This document shows positions 26,728 to 35,921 of a stretch of DNA of 64,000 bases, piece by piece. The translations under genes were made by a program, and so were the position numbers. Within the stretch, counting starts at the first letter, position 1. Each line of letters starts with the position of its first letter. The stretch comes from Gemmatimonadota bacterium (GTDB taxonomy: Bacteria; Gemmatimonadota; Gemmatimonadetes; Gemmatimonadales; GWC2-71-9): contig JBDHIK010000300.1 of the NCBI GenBank assembly GCA_039587475.1, forward strand, positions 7,045-71,044, written 5' to 3'. The notes under the pieces were generated by a model. It ran no database searches, had not been told where the DNA came from, and was given only the letters and a program-made list of their open reading frames with translations.

Positions 26728-28377
26728 ATGAGACGCCGTGATTTCCTGCAGACCACCTCTGGGCTCGGACTGGCTGCCCTTCCGGCGTGGGCGATGGTCC
26801 CGCAGTTCCTTGGGCCGCTGGGTCCCGCCGCGATGATCTTCAAGGGCGGGACGGTGTACGATGGCACCGGGAGTCCTCCCGTGGAGGCGGACGTCGCCAT
26901 CGACGGCGACAGGGTCGTCGCCCTGGGTCCCGACCTGTCTTTCCCCGGGGTGGCCGAACTGGACGTTCGAGGCAAGGCCGTTGCCCCCGGCTTCATCGAC
27001 ATCCACTCCCATACGGATCGCGAACTGCTGGTCAATCCGCGGGCCGAGTCCAAGATCCGCCAGGGCGTAACCACCGAGATCATCGGCCAGGACGGGGGGT
27101 CCCTCGGTCCGTGGCGAGACACGAGGCCCGAAGCCGCGGAGCGGGAGGTTCGGGACATCGCCAGTTTTTATCAGGTGCTCGAGCGCGACGGTTCCTCGGT
27201 GAACATCGCGAGCATGATTGGCGCCGGGACGGTTCGGGGACTGGTGGTGGGGCGTGAGGACCGGCCGGCCACATTGGAGGAGATCGACCAGATGGTGGTG
27301 CTGGTCACCGAGGCGATTCGTGAAGGCGCCTGTGGCCTCTCGACCGGTCTGGAATACGTCCCCGGCGGTTTCGCCGACCTCGACGAACTGGTTGCGCTGG
27401 CGGGGGTGCTGAGGGGTACGGGTCTGCCCTACGCTTCACACATGCGCAATGAAGACGACCAGTTGCTCGCAGCCATCGAAGAGGCCATCAACGTCGGCAT
27501 TCAGGCTGACGTGCCGGTGCACATCTCGCATCTCAAGGCCCAGGGGGAGCGCAACTGGTGGAAGGCCGGACCGGCGCTTGCCACCATCGAGCGCGCGGCC
27601 GAGGAGCGGGAGGTCACCTTCGATCGCTATCCCTATGTTGCGTACAGTACCGGGTTGGCGTCGCTGTTCCCGCTCTGGTCACGGGATGGCGGTACGGACG
27701 CCTTTCTGGCCAGGCTGGACGATCCGGCCCAGCAGCCGGCTCTCGAAGCAGCCGTGCGCGGCAAAGTGGCCGAGCTCGGTAGTTGGAATGCCGTGCAGAT
27801 GACGTCCGCGGACAGTGCGGAGCTCGACTGGGTTCGCGGTCGCCGTCTTGGTGACTTGGCACAGGAGCGCAATGCCGACCCCTACACGCTGTTGGTGTCC
27901 ATCATGCTGACGGGCAGGGCAGCCATCGGCATGGTTGGGTTCGGCATGAGTGAAGAGAACACCGCTGCGATTCTGGCTCATCCGCTTGGCATGGTCTGTT
28001 CGGACGGCTCGGCCAGGGCCACCTACGGGCCCCTTTCTGAAGGATCCCCTCATCCCCGGTCATACGGGTCCTTCCCACGAGTGTTGGGTCACTATTGCCG
28101 GGATCAGAGGCTGATGCCGCTCGAGGTTGGTATCCACAAGATGACCGGCATGCCGGCTCGCCGGCTCCGACTCGACCACCGAGGCGTCCTGGCGGTTGGC
28201 GCCTATGCCGATCTGGTCGTGTTCGATCCAGCCGCCATCAACGACCGCGCGACGTTCGAAGCCCCGCATCAGTACGCGGTGGGAATCGACCTGGTCCTGG
28301 TGAACGGGTCGGTGGTGCTGCGGGACGGGGAGCACACCGGAAGCCTCCCGGGCCGACCGCTCCGGGTAGGGCGCTAG
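26728..28377 (+). CDS. D-aminoacylase (N-acyl-D-amino-acid deacylase family amidohydrolase), Tat-exported
   Basis: The twin-arginine signal is MRRRDFLQTTSGLGLAALPAWA. The metal-binding motif GFIDIHSHTD is present, and overall similarity to the D-aminoacylase family runs to the C-terminus (VNGSVVLRDGEHTG). Start is the ATG at 26728. Confidence 0.85.
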   Translation: MRRRDFLQTTSGLGLAALPAWAMVPQFLGPLGPAAMIFKGGTVYDGTGSPPVEADVAIDGDRVVALGPDLSFPGVAELDVRGKAVAPGFIDIHSHTDRELLVNPRAESKIRQGVTTEIIGQDGGSLGPWRDTRPEAAEREVRDIASFYQVLERDGSSVNIASMIGAGTVRGLVVGREDRPATLEEIDQMVVLVTEAIREGACGLSTGLEYVPGGFADLDELVALAGVLRGTGLPYASHMRNEDDQLLAAIEEAINVGIQADVPVHISHLKAQGERNWWKAGPALATIERAAEEREVTFDRYPYVAYSTGLASLFPLWSRDGGTDAFLARLDDPAQQPALEAAVRGKVAELGSWNAVQMTSADSAELDWVRGRRLGDLAQERNADPYTLLVSIMLTGRAAIGMVGFGMSEENTAAILAHPLGMVCSDGSARATYGPLSEGSPHPRSYGSFPRVLGHYCRDQRLMPLEVGIHKMTGMPARRLRLDHRGVLAVGAYADLVVFDPAAINDRATFEAPHQYAVGIDLVLVNGSVVLRDGEHTGSLPGRPLRVGR

Positions 28378-28483
28378 GCTGCGGAACCCAGCAGGTGACT
28401 TCCACGTTCGGCATTGCAGCACCGTTACTCACCTGGGCGACGTCGTCTGCACCAGGTCCTGTCCATCCATTACTCTTTGGGCC

Positions 28484-28828
28484 ATGTCTCTAGGGAAGAT
28501 CGTGATTTCCGGCATCGGCGGCGTGACGGCCTCGTTCGTCTCCATGTTGTGCTGTACCGGTCCATTGCTCATGGCCAGCATCGGGGTGTCAGGCGCGGGC
28601 CTGTCGGTCATGCGGCCTTACCGGCCCATCTTCCTGGTGCTCACGGGAGTGTCACTGTACCTGGCCTACCGGATGCTGGAGCGTGAAGAGAAGCGGGCCT
28701 GCGAGCCTGGGCAATGGTGTGCCGATCCGCGCACCCGGAAGCGCCTGAAGTGGGCTCTCTGGGTCATGACTGGGGTTGCCTTCCTTTTCGCTTCCAGCCC
28801 GCGGTGGGCGGAGTGGGTGCTTGGGTAG
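28484..28828 (+). CDS. merT: MerT-family mercuric-ion transport protein
   Basis: 114 aa. It has the first-TM SMLCCTGPLL, then PYRPIFLV, and the loop pair ACEPGQWCADP. These match MerT features as I recall them (ACCLGPLV, PYRPIF, ACKPGEVCAIP). Confidence 0.8.
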   Translation: MSLGKIVISGIGGVTASFVSMLCCTGPLLMASIGVSGAGLSVMRPYRPIFLVLTGVSLYLAYRMLEREEKRACEPGQWCADPRTRKRLKWALWVMTGVAFLFASSPRWAEWVLG

Positions 28829-29912
28829 GGACCCGAGTTCACTCGAGCGGGCCCGGCAGCTCGTTCTGGCCCACGGCTTCAATCCGACGGCCTACCAGAT
28901 CCTCAACCCCGGTATCGAGCTGTGGTTTTCTGACACGGGGCACGCCGTGGCAGGATACGTAGACCGCTCCGGGGTCCGCGTGGTCGCCGGTAACCCGGTG
29001 TGCCCACCCGAGGAGCTGGAGGCGGTGGTAGAGGAGCTGGAGACGGCCTGCCGTCGCCAGCGCCTGCGCTTCTGTTTTCTGGGCGCTGATCCCCTTCTGC
29101 ATTCCCTCTTCGCCACCTCCGGCAGCCACGCCAGTATCGTCGTCGGTGCCCACCCCATCGTCGACCCGGCTCGGTGGAGCCACACCCTCGAGCACCATCA
29201 TTCGCTCAGAGCGCAACTCAATCGGGCACGCAACAAGTCCGTGACGGTGGAGGAATGGCCTGCCACCGAGGCTACCAATCATCCGGAGCTCCGGCACTGT
29301 CTCGGTGAATGGTTGCGCGCCAGAGGGTTGCCGCCGCTCCATTTCCTCGTCGAGCCCGACACGCTGGGGTCGCTCGCCGATCGCTGCACCCTGGTGGCGC
29401 GGCGAGGTGAGCGCGTCGTCGGGTTTCTGGTAGCGTCGCCGGTCCCACGGAAGAACGGCTGGCAGATCGAGCACCTGGTTCGGGGAGATGCCGCTCCCAA
29501 CGGCAGTATGGAGCTGCTGGTCGACGGGGCTTTGCGTCGGCTCGGTGCCGGCGGGGCTCGCTACGTGGCACTCGGGGCCGCGCCGCTCTCGTCGAGGGCG
29601 CCCCGTGACCCCACGACCCCCAAGCGGCTCGCCGCCCTGCTCGCCTGGCAACGGGCACACGGTCGACGGTTCTACAATTTCGAAGGTCTCGAACGGTTCA
29701 AGGCCAAGTTCTGGCCCGATCAGTGGGAGCCGGTCCATGCCATCTCCGACGAACCGAGGTTTTCGGTGGGGACGATGTACGCCATCGCCGGAGCCTACTG
29801 CGCCGGTTCGCCGTTCGGTACGCTGCTCCGGGCCATGGCCCGCGCCGCCCGGCAGGAAGGGGTCTGGCTATGGAATGCGGCCAATCACCCCGCCAGGCGA
29901 GCCACGAGGTAG
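28821..29912 (+). CDS. DUF2156-domain protein (MprF/LysX C-terminal, aminoacyl-phosphatidylglycerol-synthase-like fold)
   Basis: GFNPTAYQILNPGIELWFSDTGHAVAGYVDRSGVRVVAGNPVCPPEE ... FYNFEGLERFKAKFWPDQWEPVHAI is typical of DUF2156. No ATG or GTG is available. The candidate starts are TTG at 28821, overlapping the merT stop by 8 nt, or TTG at 28776. Confidence 0.7.
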   Translation: MGRDPSSLERARQLVLAHGFNPTAYQILNPGIELWFSDTGHAVAGYVDRSGVRVVAGNPVCPPEELEAVVEELETACRRQRLRFCFLGADPLLHSLFATSGSHASIVVGAHPIVDPARWSHTLEHHHSLRAQLNRARNKSVTVEEWPATEATNHPELRHCLGEWLRARGLPPLHFLVEPDTLGSLADRCTLVARRGERVVGFLVASPVPRKNGWQIEHLVRGDAAPNGSMELLVDGALRRLGAGGARYVALGAAPLSSRAPRDPTTPKRLAALLAWQRAHGRRFYNFEGLERFKAKFWPDQWEPVHAISDEPRFSVGTMYAIAGAYCAGSPFGTLLRAMARAARQEGVWLWNAANHPARRATR

Positions 29913-30355
29913 GGTTGCACACCCCATTGGACCAGACGAATCGGACCGGCATAGAGTCGGGCCAGGGCGTGCCGATAGTGGAAGACGGTCGTCACGGTGA
30001 GTTCACGCCCGAGGTTGCCCTCGTGGAGAGCGTAACCAACGTGCACTTGCAGCCCTGGCAGGGTTGCCCGGTAGACAACCTCGGCGGCGCCTCTGCCACT
30101 GATCGCCATACGCCTGTCAGGAGCCATCGTGGTCAGCACCACTTCATCCGCAAACGCGGCCTCTGACACCGGGACCCGAACGGCATAGGCCAGGGCGGCA
30201 TCGGCTGCCAGGGTTCCGATCATGGTACTGTCGACGATGGCGGCGCGTTCCACACCCTTGGAACGGGCCATGGCCGCCAGGCCAATGGTGAGATCGAACC
30301 CCACCACGACCACCGTCAGGACCGAGAGAAACAGCACTTTGGTGAATCGCGTCAT
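29885..30355 (-). CDS. Hypothetical membrane-anchored protein
   Basis: ORF 29885..30424 trimmed to the ATG at 30355 (MTRFTKVLFLSVLTVVVVGF). GC3 is coding-like. I recognised no motif. Confidence 0.45.
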   Translation of the reverse strand: MTRFTKVLFLSVLTVVVVGFDLTIGLAAMARSKGVERAAIVDSTMIGTLAADAALAYAVRVPVSEAAFADEVVLTTMAPDRRMAISGRGAAEVVYRATLPGLQVHVGYALHEGNLGRELTVTTVFHYRHALARLYAGPIRLVQWGVQPYLVARLAG

Positions 30356-30570
30356 GGTCGGCGCCGTCGACGTGGGAACCAGATGGCCCTCGCGGTGCCG
30401 GGGCCTGTCCCCCGGCAGGTCCACCGGACCTCATGAGGCGGTCGGTGGTGGGTGCCGAGGTCTGCTGGCCGGTGCCAGAAGCTGAAGCAGGGCAGCGGGT
30501 TAGCCTGTGGATCATATATAGCGGCTGCTATCCTGGCAGCAAGGCCCGAAACGCCATCGGAGGGTCCGGG

Positions 30571-30599
30571 TTGACCGGGCTGAAACTCTCTGGTATAGT
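30571..30599 (+). promoter_or_regulatory. Sigma-70-type promoter for padR-permease operon
   Basis: TTGACC (30571-30576), a 17-nt spacer, then TATAGT (30594-30599) preceded by an extended -10 TG (TGGTATAGT). It lies 28-43 nt upstream of the candidate padR starts. Confidence 0.45.
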
Positions 30600-30641
30600 C
30601 AGCGTAGTTTACTAAATCGCGCTACTATGGGAGTCGAGGCC

Positions 30642-30977
30642 ATGGCCAGGGAATCCTTGGGAGAATTTGAGCAACTGGTCCTGTTGGCGATCCTGCGTCT
30701 TGGGGAAGAGGCCTACGGGGTCCCCATCGTCGACGAGATCGAGGCACGGACTGGTCGCACCGTATCGCGCCCGGCCGTGTACATCGCCCTGCGCCGACTC
30801 GGCTCCAAGGGGCTGGTCCGTTCCACGCTCGGGGAGCCTACTCCTGAGCAAGGCGGCCGGGCCAAGCGGTTCTATCGGGTAGAGCGGGCAGGACTGGACC
30901 GGTTGGCTTCCGCCCGACGCGACCTTCTCAACATGTGGGATGGCATTGCCCCGGTCCTGGACCGCTCCGGCACATGA
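30642..30977 (+). CDS. PadR-family transcriptional regulator
   Basis: LGEFEQLVLLAILRLGEEAYGVPIVDEIEARTGRTVSRPAVYIALRRLGSKGLV...GGRAKRFYRV is a winged-helix PadR signature. I prefer the ATG at 30642 (GGGAG/GAGG upstream); the alternative is 30627. Confidence 0.9.
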   Translation: MARESLGEFEQLVLLAILRLGEEAYGVPIVDEIEARTGRTVSRPAVYIALRRLGSKGLVRSTLGEPTPEQGGRAKRFYRVERAGLDRLASARRDLLNMWDGIAPVLDRSGT

Positions 30978-33664
30978 CCGAGCCAAGACCACCTCAGGCC
31001 GCCCAGGCCCTGTTGCTGCGCGGCCTCCCGCCCGACCAGGCTGCGGAGATCGTAGGCGACCTGGGAGAGGTCTATTGCTCGCGTTTTCCGGGAGACGGGG
31101 TCCGGGGACGACTCTGGTTCTGGTGGCAAACCGTCGCTTTTCTGTTCCGCTTTATCCCCGAACGCATCCTTGAACGCCTGGGTCGGGTGGGCAGTCGCTA
31201 TTGGCGGCCCATGAAGGCCAGTCGGCCCAGGAGGGCCTCCGCCATGGAACAATTCGCCGAAGACATCCGCTACGCCATCAGGAGCCTTCTCAGGGAGCGC
31301 GGTTTTAGCACCCTGGTCGTCGTCACACTGGCGATTGGGGTGGGTGCCACGACGGCGGTCTTCAGCGTCGTCAACGGCTTTCTGCTCAGGCCACTTCCGG
31401 TCCGTGACGCCGACAGGGTGATGATGGTGTGGGAGAACGACCGTGTTTCAGGGACGGAGCGTGAATTCGCCTCGGTGCCGGATTACTTCGATTTCCTGGA
31501 ACAGAACACGGTCTTCGAGGACATGGCCATGTTCCAGCAATCGTCGCTCAACTTCACCGCGGAGGGAATGGACCCGCAACGCCTCATGGCTGCCTTCGTC
31601 TCTCACAGTTGGGACGACCTGCTCGGCATTCGCCTCGTAGCCGGACGAGGCATCGGGCGTGAAGAGGACCAGCCGGGTGGCCGGCGAGTCGCAATGATCA
31701 GTGAAGGACTGTGGCAGCGTCTTGGTGGCGGGCCCGAGGTCGTGGGACAGACCATCGACCTGAACGATGAGTCGTACACGGCGATTGCGGTCGTGGCACG
31801 GGAGGTGACCCTCCCGTCCGCCGACACTGACGTGTGGCTCCCGCTCCAGGTGGGACCGACGTCCACTCCCCGGGCAGTCCACAACGTGGGGCAGTTGGCG
31901 CGTCTCAAAGACGGCGTCACGGTGGCGCAGGCCCAGGAGGAGATGACCAGCCTGGCAGCCCATCTGGAAGAGGCCTACCCTGAGAACGCGGCACGCGGGG
32001 CGTTCGTCGAACCGATCACCGAGGTGTTGCGAGGCGACATCCGTCCAGCCCTCCTTGTGCTGTTCGGTGCGGTACTGGCGGTGCTCCTCATCGCATGTGC
32101 CAACGTTGCCAATCTTCTTCTGGCGCGCGGGTCGCGCCGCGCCACCGAACTGGCGGTGCACGCGGCTCTGGGTGCCACGCCGCGCCGGATGTTGCAGCGA
32201 TTCCTGGTGGAGAGCGCCTTGCTCACCGCTGCAGCCTGGACCGGCGGTGTCGTGCTGGCGCTCCTGGGGCTCAAAGGGATTCTGAGCCTCGTCCCGGCCC
32301 AACTCGCCACGCTCGGAACGGTGACGCCTGACATCGGAGTGCTGGCCTTCACATTGTTCGTCAGCGGAGTGATTGCCTTCGGATTCGGGCTCCTTCCGGC
32401 TTGGCAGGGACGCCACATCGATCTTCAGGCCAATCTCAAGGAGGGGCGCCGGCAGGGGGAGTCCGCGTCCATCGAGCGCATGCGGTTCCAGCGTGTGTTG
32501 GTCGTGGCCCAGGTGGGCATGGCGTTCATTCTGCTGGTGGGCTCCGCACTGCTGATCAACAGTTTCTGGCGCCTGGAACGGGTCGACCCAGGATTCGTGA
32601 CGGACAACATCGTGCGCATGAGTTTTCGTCTTCCCGAGTCGCGCTATCCCAGAGACTTCTCGACCTATCCCAATTGGCCCAGGACGCACGACTTCAACCA
32701 CCGACTCCTCGAAGCGGTCGAGGCCAGTCCCACCGTGGTGAGTGCCGCGCTGGCCGTCAATCATCCGCTGGATGGTGGCTTCACCAATTCGTTCCGCATC
32801 GTAGGGCGCGAGGACGAGGCAGCGGCACAACCGGAGATGCGGATGCGCCTGGTCAGTAGTCGCTACTTCCAGACGGTGGGCGTGCCGCTGCTGGAAGGCC
32901 GCATGTTCGATGAACGCGATCTGGCGGATGCTCCACTGGTGATGCTCCTCAATCAGGCAGCCGTGGACCGCTTCTTCCCCGAGGGCGACGCCCTTGGCGC
33001 CCGGATCGCGTTCTGGGGCATGCAGCGGGAGGTCGTCGGCGTCGTCGGTAATGAACGATTCCAGGGATTGGCGGAGGATGCCCCGCCGGCCATGTACGCC
33101 GCCATCAGCCAGGCACCCCCCGTCGGTGGATCGGTGCTCATGCTGCGGACGGCGGCCGAACCGATGACGGCGGTGCCCCTGGCCCGAAGCGCCATCGCCG
33201 AGCTCGACGCCGACCTGGCGGTGTACGACGTGTCCACCATGGAGGCCACCCTGGCCGAGTCATTGGCTGCGGACCGGTTCATCATGGTGCTCTTGACGGC
33301 GTTCGGGGCCGTGGCGGTGTTCCTGGCAGTCATCGGGGTGTACGGGACCCTGGCGTACCTGGTGGCTCGGCGCCGCCATGAACTCGGCGTACGATTGGCC
33401 ATTGGCGCATCCCAGCGCCAGGTCCTGGTGTTGGTCCTGCGTCAGGGCATGAGGCTGACGCTGCTGGGTCTCGGCCTGGGGTTGGTCGGGGCCCTGGCAC
33501 TCTCGGGATCGCTTCAGAGCCTGCTGTTCGAGATCTCTCCCCTGGATCCGGTCACCTGGGTTTCGGCGGTGGTGGTACTGGCGGCCGCCGCCATCCTCGC
33601 CGGCCTGGTGCCGGCGCGAAGAGCCAGTCAGGTGGACCCGCTGGAGACGATGCGGGCCGATTGA
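30974..33664 (+). CDS. ADOP-family duplicated ABC-type permease (MacB-like/FtsX x2, no ATPase partner)
   Basis: The ATG at 30974 overlaps the padR stop (ATGA). The N-terminal prefix is LLLRGLPPDQAAEIVGDLGEVY. It is followed by two MacB-periplasmic-plus-FtsX modules (FLLVGSALLINSF..., VFLAVIGVYGTLAYLVARRRHELGVRLAIGA). Confidence 0.9.
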   Translation: MTEPRPPQAAQALLLRGLPPDQAAEIVGDLGEVYCSRFPGDGVRGRLWFWWQTVAFLFRFIPERILERLGRVGSRYWRPMKASRPRRASAMEQFAEDIRYAIRSLLRERGFSTLVVVTLAIGVGATTAVFSVVNGFLLRPLPVRDADRVMMVWENDRVSGTEREFASVPDYFDFLEQNTVFEDMAMFQQSSLNFTAEGMDPQRLMAAFVSHSWDDLLGIRLVAGRGIGREEDQPGGRRVAMISEGLWQRLGGGPEVVGQTIDLNDESYTAIAVVAREVTLPSADTDVWLPLQVGPTSTPRAVHNVGQLARLKDGVTVAQAQEEMTSLAAHLEEAYPENAARGAFVEPITEVLRGDIRPALLVLFGAVLAVLLIACANVANLLLARGSRRATELAVHAALGATPRRMLQRFLVESALLTAAAWTGGVVLALLGLKGILSLVPAQLATLGTVTPDIGVLAFTLFVSGVIAFGFGLLPAWQGRHIDLQANLKEGRRQGESASIERMRFQRVLVVAQVGMAFILLVGSALLINSFWRLERVDPGFVTDNIVRMSFRLPESRYPRDFSTYPNWPRTHDFNHRLLEAVEASPTVVSAALAVNHPLDGGFTNSFRIVGREDEAAAQPEMRMRLVSSRYFQTVGVPLLEGRMFDERDLADAPLVMLLNQAAVDRFFPEGDALGARIAFWGMQREVVGVVGNERFQGLAEDAPPAMYAAISQAPPVGGSVLMLRTAAEPMTAVPLARSAIAELDADLAVYDVSTMEATLAESLAADRFIMVLLTAFGAVAVFLAVIGVYGTLAYLVARRRHELGVRLAIGASQRQVLVLVLRQGMRLTLLGLGLGLVGALALSGSLQSLLFEISPLDPVTWVSAVVVLAAAAILAGLVPARRASQVDPLETMRAD

Positions 33665-33679
33665 TCGACCGATTCGGCG

Positions 33680-34249
33680 TCAGGGTGAAGCCAGGGCGGC
33701 CGTAGGCGGTCGAGCGAAATCGGCGCGGGTGAGGTGGTACCAGGCAACGGTGTGTTCCCGCTCCTGACGCGTGCCCTGATAGTGCATTCCCAGGCGTTCC
33801 GCGACACGACGGGATGCGGTGTTGTGTGGGAACATGATGGCAACGATCGATTCCACGCCCAGTTGCTTGAAGCCGTAGGTCAGCATCCCCTCCGCGGACT
33901 CGCTGGCGATGCCGAGACCCCGGTGGCCCGACCCGACCAGCCAACCCACCTCCACTTCGCCGGTGTCCATCGGCTTGAGCAACACGTGGCCGGCCAGCGC
34001 TGGCCCCGCCTTGAGTTCTACGGCGAAGATGCCATACCCCTCATGTTCATCGTAGTAGCGGCAGGTGCGCTCCAGGCACGCCTCGGCGCTGACGACATCG
34101 GTGACCCAGGGCACGCCGCTTCCGAGCATGCGCATGCTCTCCGGGTGGCTCCAGATCGGCATGATGGCTGGGGCGTCTTCGTGCCTGAAGGGCCGTACGA
34201 TGAGCCGGGGTGTCGTGAACAGCATGGTCCTCGTGTGGTCGTTGTCCAT
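33680..34249 (-). CDS. GNAT-family N-acetyltransferase (RimJ/RimL-like)
   Basis: TPRLIVRPFRHEDAPAI ... VGWLVGSGHRGLGIASESAEGMLTYGF is the acetyl-CoA motif A region. The start is the ATG at 34249 or at 34225; the track start at 34492 is over-extended. Confidence 0.8.
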   Translation of the reverse strand: MDNDHTRTMLFTTPRLIVRPFRHEDAPAIMPIWSHPESMRMLGSGVPWVTDVVSAEACLERTCRYYDEHEGYGIFAVELKAGPALAGHVLLKPMDTGEVEVGWLVGSGHRGLGIASESAEGMLTYGFKQLGVESIVAIMFPHNTASRRVAERLGMHYQGTRQEREHTVAWYHLTRADFARPPTAALASP

Positions 34250-34289
34250 TGGAAGGAAGTGTAAGGTCCTAACGCGAAGGCCGAAAGCG

Positions 34290-35207
34290 CTAGGGTGGAG
34301 GCACCAGCCCGATACGGACCGCCAGCCAATCAACAAGGTCGGCCACCCGTTCCTGGGTGAGTGCATGGCCGCCTGCGTACCAGATCTGGGTCTTGGGTTG
34401 GCTCGCCGCCTGGTAATACGCTTCGGCATCCTGTTCTGGCACCAGCCGGTCACCCAGGCCGGATTGAAACAACAGGTGCGCGGGGGCGGCACTTCCGACG
34501 AAGCGGATGGGCTCGATCGGAGTCATGGCCGCCAGCCAGGCTTCCCGCTGCTCTCGAGGCAGCCGCTCGAGTGGCCCGGGGTCGTCGTCGGGCCCGGTGA
34601 AATGGGACACCAGTCCACCATCGCCAACGACGAGTACATACGCCTGGATGCGATGTTCCAGTCCGGCTAGCAGTCCGCCCATGGCGCCGCCGTAGCTCAC
34701 CCCGGCATAGCCGAGGCGTTCCGAATCCACCCCCTCGTGCGCCAGCAACAGATCGACCCCGCGCCGCAGGTCGATCATCAGTTGGATCTGGTCGGTGCGG
34801 TCTTGTTCCGTAAAGAGAACCGGGTTGTTGCGGGGCCCGTCGGGCCGGGCCCATGGTGCGGACGGCGCCAGCACGACAGCGCCGCTCAGCACCAGTTGGG
34901 TTGCCAGCCGGGAGCCTCCGCTTCTGCTCCCGGGCATGCCGTGCATCAACAGCATCCCGGCATGAGGCCCAGGGGTATCGGGGACGTAGAGGTAGGCTGG
35001 AACCCGGCCGCCTTTGGGGCTGGCGTAACTCAGGTCGAGGATCCGGAAGCCGTCGCGTTGGCCCGTGCTGGCGATCCGGACGTCCAGTGGGGCCGACGCG
35101 TCATAGGCGAACAGGGCAATGGTCGCCGGATCGGGCGGTGACGATTGGGCGCGCAGCGCCGCGCCAGCGACCACCAGAAACGACAACGCTCGTACGGTCC
35201 GGGTCAT
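34290..35207 (-). CDS. Secreted alpha/beta hydrolase (dienelactone hydrolase / S9-like)
   Basis: Signal peptide MTRTVRALSFLVVAGAALRAQS. The nucleophile elbow is GYAGVSYGGAMGG, and there is a C-terminal GGHAL His context. Confidence 0.8.
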   Translation of the reverse strand: MTRTVRALSFLVVAGAALRAQSSPPDPATIALFAYDASAPLDVRIASTGQRDGFRILDLSYASPKGGRVPAYLYVPDTPGPHAGMLLMHGMPGSRSGGSRLATQLVLSGAVVLAPSAPWARPDGPRNNPVLFTEQDRTDQIQLMIDLRRGVDLLLAHEGVDSERLGYAGVSYGGAMGGLLAGLEHRIQAYVLVVGDGGLVSHFTGPDDDPGPLERLPREQREAWLAAMTPIEPIRFVGSAAPAHLLFQSGLGDRLVPEQDAEAYYQAASQPKTQIWYAGGHALTQERVADLVDWLAVRIGLVPPP

Positions 35208-35277
35208 GGGAGCTTCCGTTGCAGGGTCCTGCTCCCTACGCGATTCCGGCGTCTGGAGTTGCTCGTCACATCGCGGT

Positions 35278-35754
35278 TCAGCGGTCGTCCGAGTCAGTCG
35301 TCACACAGTCCCGCTCGACGGTATAGACGATGCCGGCGATCTTCCACCCGTCCGCGGTCTCTATGAGGCTGAAGGCATCGACCCCACAGTGGCTGAACTC
35401 ACCGTTCACGTGAAAGTCGTACGGCGTCCATACCACGGCGATGGCGCCGCGGATGCTCACCTCAGCGTCCCACATCCGTTCCTGGAGGACATCCGTTCCG
35501 CCGGCGAGTCCCTCGACGAACGCGCGATTCGTCGAACCACGGATCACCGGAACACCATCCTGCTCTCGCACGCTGAAGTAGGTGGCATCCAGGATCAGAA
35601 CATCGCCCGCCAAGGCGGTATCGCGTGTGGCCATGGCGTCGAAGAAGCGTTGCACGGTTCCCAGGACCGCGGAGCGCTCGTCCTGGGCCTCCGCCACCGT
35701 CGAGATTCCTGTCAGGAGGGTGGCGAGGAGGACACATCGGATGGTCGTCAACAT
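35278..35754 (-). CDS. NTF2-like (SnoaL/DUF4440-type) secreted protein
   Basis: The ATG at 35754 gives the signal MLTTIRCVLLATLLTGISTVAEAQ, followed by VQRFFDAMATRD...WKIAGIVYT, the typical NTF2-fold pattern. Confidence 0.7.
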   Translation of the reverse strand: MLTTIRCVLLATLLTGISTVAEAQDERSAVLGTVQRFFDAMATRDTALAGDVLILDATYFSVREQDGVPVIRGSTNRAFVEGLAGGTDVLQERMWDAEVSIRGAIAVVWTPYDFHVNGEFSHCGVDAFSLIETADGWKIAGIVYTVERDCVTTDSDDR

Positions 35755-35921
35755 TCGGGTTCCCTGGGTCAGAGGAAGGGCGGTGAGGCCCCAAGATGAA
35801 TGGAGACGGCGTGGCCGGCCAGGGCCGTTCCTGAAACAGGTTCCCAGGCTGGACCGTACCATCCTAGAGTTCCGCGAGGATCGCCGCTGCGTTTGGCCAC
35901 TACCGGGTGAGGGGTTCGTAC

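Noticed and set aside
28378-28483. Searched upstream of merT for a MerR-type dyad operator or divergent merR
   Set aside because: No convincing dyad symmetry was found and no merR, merP or merA ORF is present, so I do not call this a mer operon.
30595-30628. Short inverted repeats (TAGT-TT-ACTA at 30605-30614; ATAGT...ACTAT) as a possible PadR operator
   Set aside because: The arms are only 4-5 nt, are not concentric, and do not resemble the ATGT-N8-ACAT-type PadR sites I know. This is too weak to call.
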